A DNA stretch of 63,268 nt, counting the filler, from Octopus bimaculoides (taxonomy: Eukaryota), in assembly GCF_001194135.2 (NCBI RefSeq). It is 5 parts of 5 records of this genome, joined end to end, with 100 filler letters (N's around TTAATTAATTAA, not from the genome) between each part and the next. Parts side by side here need not be neighbours in the genome. Positions count along the whole stretch, not along the records: positions 16,238 to 27,885 come from NC_068985.1; positions 27,986 to 58,970 come from NC_068990.1; 3 more parts are not named here. One strand, given 5' to 3'. A model generated the notes under the pieces. That model saw only the letters and a program-made list of their open reading frames with translations. It made no database searches and had not been told where the DNA came from. Made by a program: the position numbers and the translations under genes. Below, piece after piece: positions 24,821-38,576 of the stretch (the stretch's first letter is position 1; each line of letters starts with the position of its first letter).

Positions 24821-25835
24821 TGTTATATCCCTATCTCCCGAGGTGGGTTTTGAAACCATATTCTGGTTGATGGTGGCAATGGCATTTCCTTGTCAGCAAC
24901 CACAGCTATTTTTAGCGTAGGAGTGATCGCTGCCCCTTTCCGGTCAGCGAAAGTTCAGAAAAGCAGGATAGGAATCGTACTGAACTGACTCAGCTTTGGG
25001 ATGGGGTAAGGTAACACTATTGGGCTACGGCATTTGTGAGAAATACGAGAACAGGGATTGGCGCGAAGCAGTCGGCCGAAGCAGTTGGGTACAGGCAGTT
25101 GGCCGAGGATTTGGGTAGCAGTCGAGCGGTAGCAGTCGAGTTGGCGAAGGCGAGTTGGCCTGAGGGTCGGATGAAGAATGTCAGCCAGTGAAGATGAACA
25201 GTGATAAGTCTGACAGAGAGAGGGAGATGCAACTGTTGTGGCAGCCAAAAGAGATCGTAGTAGTCAGTTGCTTACCTCTTGGATTATAGTGAGTTTGAAA
25301 GAAATGAAGTTATTACAGTAAAGGTTTGTGTAAATATTCTTCCAAGAAAAATGTACTTGTCGTTATGATGTATAAAGAAAAAGAACTGTTAACTGTGATG
25401 TTAACTTAAAAGAGAAAGAAAAGAAAGAACTTTTACATGTGGTGTAACTGAAAAAACCCCAAAGAAGTGAAAGAACTTTTAAAGGACTCGATGTAACAAC
25501 TCTTGTTTATGTAATGATTGTAAACCCTTGATTATGTTTACAATCATTATGTGCTATTGAATTTATGGTTACGCAATGTTATGCCATGTATTGATGTAAT
25601 GTTTTATTATGATGTATTGATGTAAAAAGAAAAGGTTAGTTCCGCTACCCAACGTATGGTCTCCGTGTTGTTTCTTCCTCCCCTCCTTTTGCCTGTGTTG
25701 TTCTTCGCTGCGTGCTCCGGCCGGGGCTTATTGGTGGCCGTGGCGAGTGTACCGACTCACTGAGCGTTCGACATTCGGGCGCGCGCGAGTTCTCTCTCGG
25801 TTAAGGTGGTGCTTCGCGTGTGGGCGTTCGTAACA
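24821..25835. mobile_element. LTR-like element bounded by TGTTA...TAACA (possible solo LTR)
   Basis: About 1 kb with GC/CpG-rich ends standing out from the AT-rich flanks and 5-bp inverted termini TGTTA/TAACA. No matching TSD seen and no gag/pol ORF. Confidence 0.4.
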
Positions 25836-27100
25836 ATATATATATACAAAAAGTAATGGTATAGACATCTGGTCTCCTACGTCAGTGTGGATGATCGTAG
25901 ACGTGTCAAATTTTCCAAGCAGTAACCATAAATTCTGTTGTCATTTGTAAATTATCAGGAGAAAATAGCAGATGAAATGGTCAATCTTGTAAAATTTTGA
26001 TTCTATAGCTGTACATTGTGACCATAAAATTACCTCCTTTCATTTCTAAACAACACCCTTCTATTTTGCGTGCCAATCGCTAAAATAAATTTAGAATTAA
26101 GATTGACGAGAAAGGCATTAAAAAGAAGATGCATAGATCAACGTTCCACCACTTCACATATAAAATATATAGATGTGATAATTTGCTTCCCTCTTTTGGG
26201 AGACAATTTGGGGCGTTTGTCTGTATTTCTTTTAGAAATAATCAACGAAATATTTAATGTCTATGAATTACTGAATTTTTTTAAAGTAGAGTATTTTCGA
26301 ATTACACAGAATGTATTTTCATAAATCTAATAGCTTTCAGCATCAAGGATGTGCATGTTTGATGATTGAACCTAAGTATATCGTGTACTCAAAATTCTCA
26401 CCTTATCAACCGTGAATGTCATCAGCAAGTAAACTGGCTGAAAACCCCATTTTACTCTTCACCTAATAATTTTGCATTAATAATGGAAACTGTATGCATC
26501 AAAGACTCAAATACGAATTAAGCTAATATGTATTTCTCCAGAATAGAAATGTCAACGTAAGATAAAGAACAAATGTGTTAAATCGTTTTGGGAAATACTG
26601 CGTATATATGTTCCTCGTAAACTTCGAAATGAACTTATACTGCCATATCAAGGGAATTATAAAGGACAGCGCAAAAGTGTAGAAATAGTAAAACAGCAAT
26701 AGATATAAAGCATTAATATGTAAAACTTATAAAACAATATAATTTTTCTATTGTGCTGGAGCAGATACAATTTCATAATACTTCTAATTCAGGAATGTTG
26801 TTTAAATGAAATTTCTCCTTTCCATCAGACCATGAAAAAGTGGTGAATTTTTAAATTCATGAAAATCTTTAAAATCACAATTGTATATAAGATGATATAA
26901 GAATGACCTAGATAAGTTCTTCCGAACGTTTAATAAAGATATCAAAGCCTAATAATTATGTAAACATATTAGATTTATTTCTGGTTGAGTTTAAAATGAA
27001 CCTGAACTCATAAAATAAAAGAAAAAAATCGCGAGTCAGCCCAGTCATCCCCGTAGCTAAAACGGCAGATATATTTTATCATCAATAATTTGCAGTAAAT

Positions 27101-27262
27101 CGGCGAGCTGGTAAGAATCGTTAGTATGCCGGAGAAAATGCTTAGCGGAGAAAATGCTTAGCGGAGAAAATGCTCATCTGTCTTTACGTTGAGAGTTCAA
27201 ATTTCAAATTACGCCGAGCTAGATTGTGCATTTGATCATTTCTAGGTCGATGAAATAAGTAT
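27101..27262 (+). mobile_element. SINE family A copy with internal 16-bp triplication (GGAGAAAATGCTTAGC)
   Basis: Head cggcgagctgg...aatcgttag; repeat units at 27131, 27147 and 27163 (partial). Confidence 0.8.
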
Positions 27263-27337
27263 TTTTCATGTAATCCTGCGAACGAATGTGCCTGTGTATG
27301 TCTCCATATGTGTGTGTGTGTGTGTGTGTGTGTCTAT

Positions 27338-27373
<36 letters not shown>

Positions 27374-27736
27374 AAAATGCATGTATGTAAGTTTAATATA
27401 GCAGTGGGATCAAAGGTTATTCTAAACTTAGATACGTGCTGCGCTAACGTCATATAAGCGTTGAGAGAATATAAGCAATACATCTCGACAGCTATATCCA
27501 GACAAGCTGAGAAAAAAATTCAGCAATGACTTTACATATTTCATATAATACACAGTCTACTAAATTGATATAATACACAGTCTACTAAATGTATTGCATC
27601 ATCTGCGAGGTAAAAATGTTCCATGTGAAAGATATATTTTAATATACTTTACAGCACTTACATTTCTTTACATATGCGTGTACATATTTGTATATGTCTA
27701 TGTACATGAATATATGCATACAGGTGTGTATGCCTG

Positions 27737-27789
<53 letters not shown>

Positions 27790-29199
27790 TAGTAATAGTC
27801 ATAACAACAAAATCATTATTTCAGAAGTCAATTCCAAAAGAATTAGTTTTTAAGTGAAAATGTGAGACTCGGAAACACTATCTACNNNNNNNNNNNNNNN
27901 NNNNNNNNNNNNNNNNNNNNNNNNNNNNNTTAATTAATTAANNNNNNNNNNNNNNNNNNNNNNNNNNNNNNNNNNNNNNNNNNNNATAAACATATATATA
28001 TATTTATATATACACATATAGATATGCAGGTGTGTTTATATATGTATATTTATCTTTACAAAAACCTTCATATACATATACACTCGCTGCACACTCTCAC
28101 GTATATGTATGTATGTTCGTGTATATATATGCGTGTGTGAGTGTGTGTAGGCGCGCGCACATATGCGTATATACATGAGCACACGCACGTGTTCAAACAC
28201 ACGTCTATATATATATATATTGATATATATACAGGAACATACTCACGGATACACCCCCCCCACACACACATATATATATATATATATATANNNNNNNNNN
28301 NNNNNNNNNNNNNNNNNNNNNNNNNNNNNNNNNNNNNNNNNNNNNNNNNNNNNNNNNNNNNNNNNNNNNNNNNNNNNNNNNNNNNNNNNNNNNNNNNNNN
28401 NNNNNNNNNNNNNNNNNNNNNNNNNNNNNNNNNNNNNNNNNNNNNNNNNNNNNNNNNNNNNNNNNNNNNNNNNNNNNNNNNNNNNNNNNNNNNNNNNNNN
28501 NNNNNNNNNNNNNNNNNNNNNNNNNNNNNNNNNNNNNNNNNNNNNNNNNNNNNNNNTGTTTCCTGTTTCGTTATCGCTCGCTCATATATATTACATATTC
28601 TTTTAACGGAATATTCATATTTACGTCGTCAAATGGGGTTTTAATTCAGAAATATTCTATCTGCCGCTTTGGTAAAGCAAGAAAAAAAAAATAAACGAAG
28701 AAAACGACAATCAATAATGCTTATGAATATTCTCTATGATGAGTTATTCATTAAAAGCGTTTGTAACACATATATCGAATGGAGGTAGCAATTTTATTCC
28801 ACCTCCCACCTCTAATTTTATTTTACTTCAGTAGCACACAAATATAATGAGTGAAATATGGAACTTATAATATATATAATGATTTCTGGCTGTAATGTTT
28901 AACCCACTCGTTTTGTGTGATATGTTTTAATGGATAAAACTAGCGTCGTTCCTTCGCCCAGAAGAATGAAAGCGAGGTTGAATTTCGGATATTGGAAATG
29001 AACGTGAGACTGAATTTCGTGCATTGAAAAACAATAAGTTATGATAGTTTGTTACTATATATATTTTTCTTATATTATGTGGCGTTGTGGCCGTGTTGTG
29101 TATTCCCCACCGTTTGGCAATTGGTGTTGGCTTGTTTAACTCCTCGTAACTTTTTGTAAGAAAATACCGATAGAATAGGTGCCAGACTTTAAATATATA

Positions 29200-29952
29200 T
29201 ATTGGATCGCTATAGTCTACTGAAATATTTCGAAGTGGTGATCCCGCATGGCCGCAGTTCTGCAACTGTAACAAGGAAAGTGGAAATATAAAGAACTATT
29301 CATATATTCCACCCGTAGATTTCGTTCCATAATGCGAAATTTTGCATGAAAGCTAGCTTTTCTGGCTTTATATTGTCGGACCTGATGTAGCCTTATGATC
29401 GAAATATTTTGAGTGGTAGCCATCACATTTTCAGGCATATCATTTTAATCCAGTAAAACCTTCTGTTCTTTTAAAGACGAAATGAGCTGGTTTGTGTCAG
29501 CACTTGAGGTCATTTATTTTTAGTATCTTGGACAGCCTCTAGTGATTTCATCATTGGCTCTTGCGACCATTTTGGACCTCACTTTCTCTATATTTCTTGT
29601 TAAATGCCTCCTTGATGTCAACTGTGAGAAAACCATTTCTGTTTCCTGTCGAGATAATTGCACTTGCCAATCTTGTCAGATATAAGGCTGGGAACATGTC
29701 TATAGGATCGCATAGACAGGTTCACATTCACAAAAGTGTATTCATTTATATTATTTATCCTCATTTATCACGGCGGTTTAGTAACAATTAAAAACCGTGA
29801 TAAATGAATCGTCTTCAATCACTTTATAAATAGAAACTAACGGTAATTTCATTGCCACCAAACTTGCCACCCACACCAGCTTCCACAATCAGGTATTTTC
29901 CTGTATACCTCTATCTTTTCCGGTAGCAACCACACACGATTTCGCCGTACTG
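29200..29952 (-). mobile_element. Degenerate pogo/Tigger-like transposon 5' part
   Basis: TA|CAGTACGGCGAAATC terminus on minus at 29952. Stop-riddled peptide GPKWSQEPMMKSLEAVQDTK resembles an HTH-psq N-terminus. Confidence 0.35.
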
Positions 29953-30169
29953 TAGGGTTAAGGGACATTGATGTTTTTGGTTTTTGTTCACCGGTTGCAT
30001 GTTTTTGAGTACGAGTATATAAATCTGTACAAAAAAACGCAGCCTCGCTGCATCATATAAACACCAGCTATAGTTAATGCCTTTTAAGCTGTTTAGGATT
30101 ATGTGCGGTCACTGGGTCGCGTTTTTGGACCAGCAATACCGTCGATTAATCGTCAATTCGTTATACCAA

Positions 30170-30342
30170 ATCCTTTTTATTTTACTGGTTTCAGTCATTC
30201 AACAGCTACTGTACTTATGCTGAGGCAGCGACTCGAAGAATTCTCAGTCGAATAAATCAACCCTAGTACTCATTCTAGCAGTTGCAGAAACGCTACTTTA
30301 CGGGGAGTTAAACACACCAACACCGGTTGTCAAGCGGTGATG
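30170..30342 (-). mobile_element. SINE family B 3' fragment
   Basis: ggtttcagtcatt...gtcgaataaatcaaccc...aacaccggttgtcaagcggt is the reverse complement of the family B body. Confidence 0.7.
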
Positions 30343-32949
30343 CAAGACGCGCGCGCGCGAAATACTTTATCTTAGCTTACGTCTACTAAATCCACTCGCA
30401 ATGTTTTGGCAGGTTTGTGGCTATATTACAAAACACTTGCCCAAGCTGCAATACTGTCTGTGAGAACCTGACGCTACGTGGTTGGGAAACAACCTTCTTA
30501 CCATGCAGCCATGCCTGCGTAATATATTTCGCAACTGAGTGTACCATTTTATTCCGGATCAGTGAAGAAGGAATCAGTGTTAAACGAGGCTATATGCATT
30601 GATAGATTTTATTTGTTAAATTTCGCCGAATTTTGTCTTGACATAACATCATTTAACTGTTTCGGTCATCGAAACGGAAACTCAAGTATTGCGTGAATGG
30701 TCTTTTATTATTTTTTTTTTTTTTGTTTTATACATTTACCGAATTCATTTGAAAGTTGACCAATCCTGAAAGCTTTTGCAACTAATCAAGACATATAAAC
30801 TAATATTCAATGAAGCTGCATTACTTAATCACATTACCAATTCTCCGTGTTACGTGCACATCAGTCAAGCTACGCTGCAGATGCTCTTCTGAATGGCACG
30901 TGCCTGCTCACATTTTCATTCAACTCTACGTTATCAAATCCTGATTCCTAGTCCTATATCTTATACCTTAAGCAAAAGTACTTGATACACCCGCTCTTCT
31001 CACTTTCGTCATCCTGTATTCAAATATTTCTTCACACTCTGACTTACATCGTTGTTACCACATAATGTAATTATGTAAAGTATATTCTTTATAACTACAG
31101 TAATCTTGGTTATCTAATTAGTATTGCAATATTGAATTCGGACATAGCCTGAAGAATATGCATTTACAGAAGTTGTATAGTGTTTACGTCCGGTCTATCA
31201 CTAACTGGTGCTTATTGTATTGATTATGGATGACTGGAAGTCTAACACAACTCTGGCAAGATTTTATCTCGGGAGATACGGAATGTACCTAAATAACAAT
31301 TTACTATCGATTGGAGATAATTCATCAATCATGGATTATTATTCCAGTATCAAAATGTGTGGGTGCGTGTGTCTGTGTATGTGTGTATGTGTGTGTATAG
31401 AAAGAGGGAGAGCGAGAGAGAAACAGAGTGAGAGACTTCATGAAACGCAGTGTAAAGCAAACAGATTCAACATGTACATTGCTAAAAACTCAAAGTCGTA
31501 TATTATTACAAAATACATGTCACTCCGTTTCTTCGAAGCAGGTGGCGTGTTTACAATCATATTTGTGTTTTTCATTTACCAAGATGTTTTACATTCATTC
31601 AAATATTTTGCAGGAAAATAACATCATTAGCTATGTAAAACACCATATTAAATACACTATCTTGTTGCCAACGGTGCATTAGATTAGATGCATATACACA
31701 AGTAAAAGGCATGATGTTGTGGTTGTTGCCTGGGAGAAAATCTCTTCATGAATGTGCTGTGTGGAAAACACGTATATCTGTGCGTTGTGAACATCATCGC
31801 AGAAGCGACTCATCAGAACGACAGAAGTGTTTCACCCTACTTGGATCTTATATATACTGTGCGCTCGATTGTCTCCTGATTAAACGAAATTCGTGTTTCT
31901 ATATATACGAAATATTGAATAATACGTTGATTGATATTAGAGAAAACCTGTATGTATGAAGTTATATGTGTGTGTGTGTGTACATACATGTACACATATG
32001 AAGTTATATGTGTGCATGTATATACATATACACCCGTTTATATGTATATACACGTGTGTTGTTGAGGTGGGGAAAACATTAATTTCTAGATGCTATAAAT
32101 GTGGCGTTGAATTTCGACATGTTTGTATACTTCGCCATAGAAGCAGAAACAAGCAAACAAAAAAATGCCAATAGTATTATATAAATGAAGTATTTGGTGT
32201 ATAAAAGATCATCAGATACAATATTCTTTGAAAAGTAAGGAAGGAAATGGAATCACAAACTCCAATATTATTTGTCAGGAAAATTGCTAATTATATTCTC
32301 CGCTCTAAACGTTTATACAAGATATGACCAATGATAAAAATCGTTTGTTTGTAATTTGATTTTATTAATGAACCCAGATATTTCTTATAATATTCAATAT
32401 TAAATATCTTGTTTTCTCAATTTATCTCCTCTTATCATGTTCGACTTTTCATTTTACGCCTAATATCCCCATAATATAATATAGTTTTTTCTAAATCTTT
32501 ATCGTGCAATAATTTCTCTATTTGTTAAAGGTTACATTCGTTCGTCAAGCTAAGTTATGTCTATCAAAACAATTTTTTTGATTGATAGTTTTATATAATA
32601 ATAACTGACTCGTTTCTTTTATAGAATATTTTTTTATTGCCGAGTGTCTTATCCCAGATGATGGATATATTATTGTCTTTTGATTCTATTATATATATTG
32701 CATTGACTCAAAAGATTTGCAATATTTTCCTTGCTTATTTGCTTTATTCGTCAAGTTTCAACAAAAATACCATACCATTTGAAGTAAGGCCATCGTGTTG
32801 CACCGTCTAAAACCACCTTTCTGCCAGTTATTTGATTCCACACTAATACCTGTAGATATCATTTGAGACGAGATACTCTTCAACTGAAGCTTCCACCCTC
32901 TTTCGATTTTATGGGGCATCGTAAGCGCAAGATGTCAGTACAAGTAATA

Positions 32950-33200
32950 ATCCGATGGAATTATGTCTGGAATTAATTCCAGTTCGTTCGTTCAGTATGA
33001 GCTTTTGCATTGTCTTTCTACAGAACAGCTCGCTTTCTGTCAACCAGTGTCGTGTAGTTTTGTGGCACAATGGCATACATCCTCTCCAGCCGTTTGCAGC
33101 ACAGGTTCCCATCCACGATTCGACCGACAGGAAGGCGCTCGTAGAGAATAATCCCATCATACATCCATCAGACGCAGAGCATCGCCCTATGTTCAAAACG
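32950..33200 (+). mobile_element. Possible decayed RLE/CRE-type LINE 3' end
   Basis: Frameshifted ...NQCRVVLWHN/YILSSRLQHRFPS resembles RLE-LINE C-termini. Weak match. Confidence 0.3.
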
Positions 33201-33689
33201 CCCATTTATAGCAACAGGTTAACTACAGCATATGCACGTTAGAATTATCTCTCTCGGATTATTACTTATTCTGATCCCCGGCTCACTTCCTACGCTCGTG
33301 ATACCTCCTTAGCCGGATATTTTTATATCAATATAATAGTATTTGTATACACAGTCTGTACTTTTAGCTACTTTACGAGTGTTTGCATAATTTCCAGTAT
33401 ACACATTCCTGATAACCTGTTAGGTTACGGCCTGAATCATAGATTCGATTTGGTAGAAAAACTTGCACGAATGAGCTCAATCGTTTATTAACCCAGAACT
33501 GGTGGTACATTTATATTGCAGTCAACATATTTTGGTGATATTTTGTTTTGCACTTTTTGTTCTTTATTCCTCACATTTCTTATTTTGGTTACATTTTTTA
33601 CGAAAACTGCAATTTTGCTAGGTTAGTTTGTCATTATGAAAACGTTGTTTTACTTTTTATTTTTTTCCTGTAACTTGCTGTGGTCATTG

Positions 33690-35198
33690 ACCTGTATCAC
33701 TGCTTTGAGTCTGCACTTTAAAAGTAGGAATAAATCCGCGTTCCTTAACAACATTCGCCCCGAAAGATGTCATTTGGAATACAGAATTGTACTTTCGGAT
33801 GTTATTAAGAAAATGTCTTGATTCTCTAGTTGTGCCAGCGCAGAGTGACTTCAACGGCTGTGGCGGATCCTCCAGGGTGTTTCTTTTGGCCACTTCTTAG
33901 CGTTGCAGAAAGAGCAAGTGATGGACATATGTCCAATGGACATGCCTGGGTGGCAATCATAATGAAGATTATGATCGTAGTGGAAAGCTTTTAATGAGCA
34001 TCGTGAGCTGCATGGCGTTGAAAACCCCTGCCTATCAGCTCTTTGTTGAACTGAAGTGTGCAGCCGAGTAATTCTATCTTGTGAGATCTTGGGAACTCAC
34101 ACAGCAGCCGTGTTTGCAGCATTCCTTGCCGGGCGTGTATTACGCTTCTCTTCAGTCTTGGCAGCTCGTGCAGCAGCAGATGACGCAGCATATAGAAAAT
34201 GTGACGTTGTCGTTGAACGCAGAAACACACAAACTGATAGACACATGCACATTCATACACACACACACATACACTAGCAGTCACAGACACACACATACAC
34301 AGAAAGTATATCATTGAAACAATAGGTAAATAAATGTAGGTGATTCGTTATTAATTTCAAATGTTAATGGCTTAGAAACGGTTAAGAGTGAAGAGCAAAA
34401 CAAATAGATATTCGTTCCTCGTTGACAGAATAATAGGCCGTATGTATAGGGAGAATTTCTAGATTCGATTTCGACTCACAGGTAGGAGCAAGTGAGGTTT
34501 GTACAGAACTCATCAGTAAATTACATTCCGGGAGCATGTGATTTACGCAAATCATTGACTAATAAATTAATTGCTAAGCCATGAGTACCGTCGTTTCCTT
34601 GGATTGGACTGGGAAAGGGCCTACATTAACGCATGTCAGTCGTCACATATGAATATTAATGTGTAGATATGTAGATGTGTAGATGTGTGTGAGTTGAATA
34701 ATGTACGTGAGGCGGAAAGACACACACTCCGACGGACACATGCACACTGATACACTCACAACACAGAGACATGTCGTCGAAGACGGAAACACACACTGAC
34801 ACTCATATACAAAATGTAACGTTGTCGTCGCACGTGAAAACACACACACACACACACACACACAAAAAACACACACACACTGACAGACACATGCACACTC
34901 ATACACTCAAACATACACTGAGAGATGCATACATGCATATATAGAATCAGTCGGTGAAACAATATTGCAATATAGATGTTATTGTTCCATTTTTGAAACG
35001 GCATACCGAACCAGCGTAAAAGAATGTTCCTGGCCCGCATTGGGCAAGAAATTAAAAACTGTTTTAACCCGTGACACTCCATGAACCCGAAGTGTTGCAT
35101 GTATAAAATTTGAATAAAACCGGTTGATCAGTTCTCGAGTTTTTGCGATGCACACACACGCACGCACACACACACATTCTCAGTTTTATATATATGGA
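33690..35198 (-). mobile_element. Decayed Helitron (5' end with microsatellite + N-terminal Rep/Hel ORF fragments)
   Basis: Minus frames: AARAAKTEEKRNTR...AFHYDHNLHYDCHPGMSIGHMSITCSFCNAKKWPKETP, then LEDPPQPLKSL...SRHFLNNIRKYNSVFQMTSFGA...GFIPTFKVQ, which are Helitron N-terminal motifs. The 5' end TCCATATATATAAAACTGAGAATG(TG)n...CTCGAGAAC is Helitron/HINE-like. Confidence 0.85.
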
Positions 35199-35202
35199 CT
35201 CC

Positions 35203-35375
35203 TAGGGCGGTGAGGAGGCAGAATTGTAAAATGCTTAGCGCCATTTCATCCGTTCTTAGCTCAAATCCCGCCGAGGTCAAATTTCCCTTTCATCCTGTCA
35301 GGGTCGATAAACTAAGTACCGTTTAAACAGTGGGGTTGATGCAATCGATTTGCTCCCTTTCCTGAACTTGCTGCT
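35203..35375 (+). mobile_element. SINE family A copy
   Basis: gggcggtgaggaggcagaat...ctcaaatcccgccgaggtcaa...gggtcgataaactaagtacc. Confidence 0.8.
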
Positions 35376-36639
35376 CTGTGTCTATTGAGATGGATTAGGC
35401 TGGTTTCGTTTTGTCATAATATCTAGCTATTTTAATTCTTTACACCTTTTTGAGTATATTTGAATACTTTACCGAGCTGATCTTGTCTGGAAAGTGATTT
35501 GATCCGAGACCGTCGTCGGTTGAAACTAAAACGATTGCAACACGGAAGCCATTTATTAGCCATTCAAAAGCAATATAAAAGCCGTTAACATCAATTAATT
35601 ATTTCTTGTTTGATGCAAACTTTTCCTCCTACGATCTGCGACCTGGTCACTGATTAGGTCGCAGTTAGTGTTTTGACACTAAATAATAAATGATTCATTG
35701 AAGTTAACAACTGTTGTGTGTTTTTGTAGAGCTGATGTACATCTTCCCGCTGTAATTGCGGCCGTATTTTAGCTTTAAAATAATACGTCTGAAATATTAA
35801 CAAATACCAGAGTTAAATACACACGATTGACATATTTGTCTGGTAATGGTGCACTTTAAATGCAATTATCGTTGTCGTTATAGTTCTAATCTGCCGACAT
35901 CAGTTCATTTCACTTACGCTTAAGAACAACGCATTCTTGCAACACGCCATGTGCTTTTCATTATTTTATTTGTGCGTGTCTGTTATTCTTCAATATTTCA
36001 TTACTATATTGTATAATTCCATTGCAATCATCTTCTTTAGAGGCAACTGATATACGCAAGTTAATACAGTTATAAATATTTACAAATGTACCGTTTCTAA
36101 TATTGCTCCCCCGCTGATTACTACGAGATTATTTCAGCTAATTACAAACTTTCTTCTAACTTTTCTCAGTCATCAGCATATTTTAAAACCATTAATTTTT
36201 CAGAAAACTCCATGCTATATTTATACTCTCTATAAAATACATCACGTCAATGCAATGGTAAAATGTTTCGTGTGCTGATCTTAAGTTTACACATATAAGA
36301 ATAATTACTTCTCCAGCACGTTTTAAAACAATTTCACCTTTTGTCATAATTTACTGCTGATATAACTAACTTTTTAACATGCCTCTTGTTATCATTTCAC
36401 TCTAGTATATATTTCCTCCTTATCTTTAAATATATGTTTGTATTCGTAATTCTGTACCTAGTTGTCCGTTTTTGTTTTTGTTGCTGTACACATTCGCTAG
36501 CTTTCTTACATTTCTTACAAAGAAATGCCCTTAGTGTTTGTTCTTAGCTGAGACTTTTTCGGGGACAACCAGATCGAACCATATGAAGTGTAACTGTCCG
36601 AAATGGTCATGACTTCTGATACTTGCAAATTGTCATAGG

Positions 36640-36854
36640 TCACAAAAATGGTAAGACAATATCTGGACTTGAAAGACGTGCTAATTCACAAGAACATTCA
36701 TTGAATATCAGATTCTCGAGTCTTGAATAATATTCTGTCACTTGTGTTATAAATTGTGTCAGCAGCTGGTTTAACAGGTCATCTGAGACCTCATCAACGG
36801 ATGGATTATGCTGTGTGATAAGGTGTGTGCGGACGTTAATGGGAGAGCTATCAT
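36640..36854 (-). CDS. Candidate terminal coding exon of an unidentified gene
   Basis: Acceptor ttgcttcaacttgacAG followed by an open frame DDSSPINVRTHLITQHNPSVDEVSDDLLNQLLTQFITQVTEYYSRLENLIFNECSCELARLSSPDIVLPFL* in unique sequence. No homology recognised. Confidence 0.25.
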
Positions 36855-36933
36855 CTGTCAAGTTGAAGCAATCATCAATATATATACATATCTATCTATC
36901 GATCTATGTATCTATTTCTCTCTTTCTCTCTCC

Positions 36934-37003
<70 letters not shown>

Positions 37004-37197
37004 NNNNNNNNNNNNNNNNNNNNNNNNNNNNNNNNNNNNNNNNNNNNNNNNNNNNNNNNNNNNNNNNNNNNNNNNNNNNNNNNNNNNNNNNNNNNNNNNN
37101 NNNNNNNNNNNNNNNNNNNNNNNNNNNNNNNNNNNNNNNNNNNNNNNNNNNNNNNNNNNNNNNNNNNNNNNNNNNNNNNNNNNNNNNNNNNNNNNNN

Positions 37198-37232
<35 letters not shown>

Positions 37233-38016
37233 TAATAATATGACAACAAAAGAATGACCTCGATATTATGTCAATAGAAGAAATTATCTATAAATATATG
37301 CGGCAATTAGTTGGTTGTCAGAATAAAACGTATATATACATACGTTTATCAATTAGTTTTGTAAGATTCTTGACGTGAAATCGCGTGTTGAAACAGATAT
37401 TGTTGTATTTCGGGATGGTCATTTTAGTTTTCCCTATTTTTTTACCAAATAAACACACTCACTATATATATTTTTTATTCACTCGTTTATTACTGTTATA
37501 TTATTATCTTAACGCCTATCCATTGTCCAGATATCTTTCGTCACATATCTGTGACCTCTTTAGCTACACTGTTCTTTTCCGTATGTGTTCTTGCTCCACT
37601 TACTCCATTTTGTTCGTCTAAAAGAATAGGATGGAGCAAGTGGAGGAAGAACAAACACTTTTGATAGTTTTTTTTTTGTAGAAAATCGCTTTCTAGGTTC
37701 CATAATCTAGATGTACCAGTCTCAAAGTAGAGTATAATGGATCAAGTTTAAAACTGAAGCATTATATTGCATAGGGATTTAACATCTGCTCCTACAAAAC
37801 TAAAGAACTCTAGGCGTATGTATAAGTTCATATTTCGTATTTGAGAGAGAATGAAGGTGGTTATATATGGCTGTTTCGCGCAGAGGTATGGTTAACATTT
37901 TTACAAAAGTTCATATTTTGTGATTAGTAACAGGTATATTCTAGTGTTGACATATATCTTGCTACACCTACTCAATAGAATCATTGCTGTTTTGAGTGCC
38001 GTTTTCTTTCTTGTAG

Positions 38017-38072
38017 AAATCTCGTTATCAGATTGTTGGAAAGAAAGTCTTGCTATGCATGACAATCGGAAA
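38017..38072 (+). CDS. Candidate 56-nt internal exon
   Basis: gttttctttcttgtAG acceptor and AAA|GTGAGT donor. Two open frames (ISLSDCWKESLAMHDNRK or KSRYQIVGKKVLLCMTIG). No partner exons established. Confidence 0.2.
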
Positions 38073-38394
38073 GTGAGTTGTTCCTTAGAAGAATATCTAA
38101 CTTTCATCTTTTATTTTTTACTTGTTTCAATCATTAGCTTGTGGCCATGCTGGGCCACCACGTTAAAGTTGAATCGAATGAATCGGCCCCAGGGCTTATT
38201 CTATTTTCTGAAGTATGGTACTTTGTCCGGCAGTGTGTGGGGAACAAACACGGACATAAAAAAGCACACTTCTATCTATCTACCTAGATAGCTATTTTTC
38301 TATCTATCAATCAACCAAGCAATAACTCTATCAACAGACAGACAAACAAATAGACATACACACATACATACATAAAGACAGGAAGACAAACAGA

Positions 38395-38425
38395 CAGACA
38401 TACAGATAGATAGATAGATAGATAT

Positions 38426-38485
<60 letters not shown>

Positions 38486-38537
38486 CTTTCTGTATTGGCC
38501 ACACACGGCTGAACACAGAGGGGCCAAATACAAATGT

Positions 38538-38540
<3 letters not shown>
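38395..38540 (-). mobile_element. Very short Tx1-like 3' tail with (TCTA)n repeat
   Basis: 38484-38540 resembles 58679-58728, and both adjoin a long (GATA)n on the + strand. Confidence 0.55.

Positions 38541-38576
<36 letters not shown>

Noticed and set aside
34455-34525. CTGATGA ... CGAAA on minus with CTCAC/GTGAG stem
   Set aside because: The stem is not adjacent to the 5' core, and there is no helix III or cleavage triplet.
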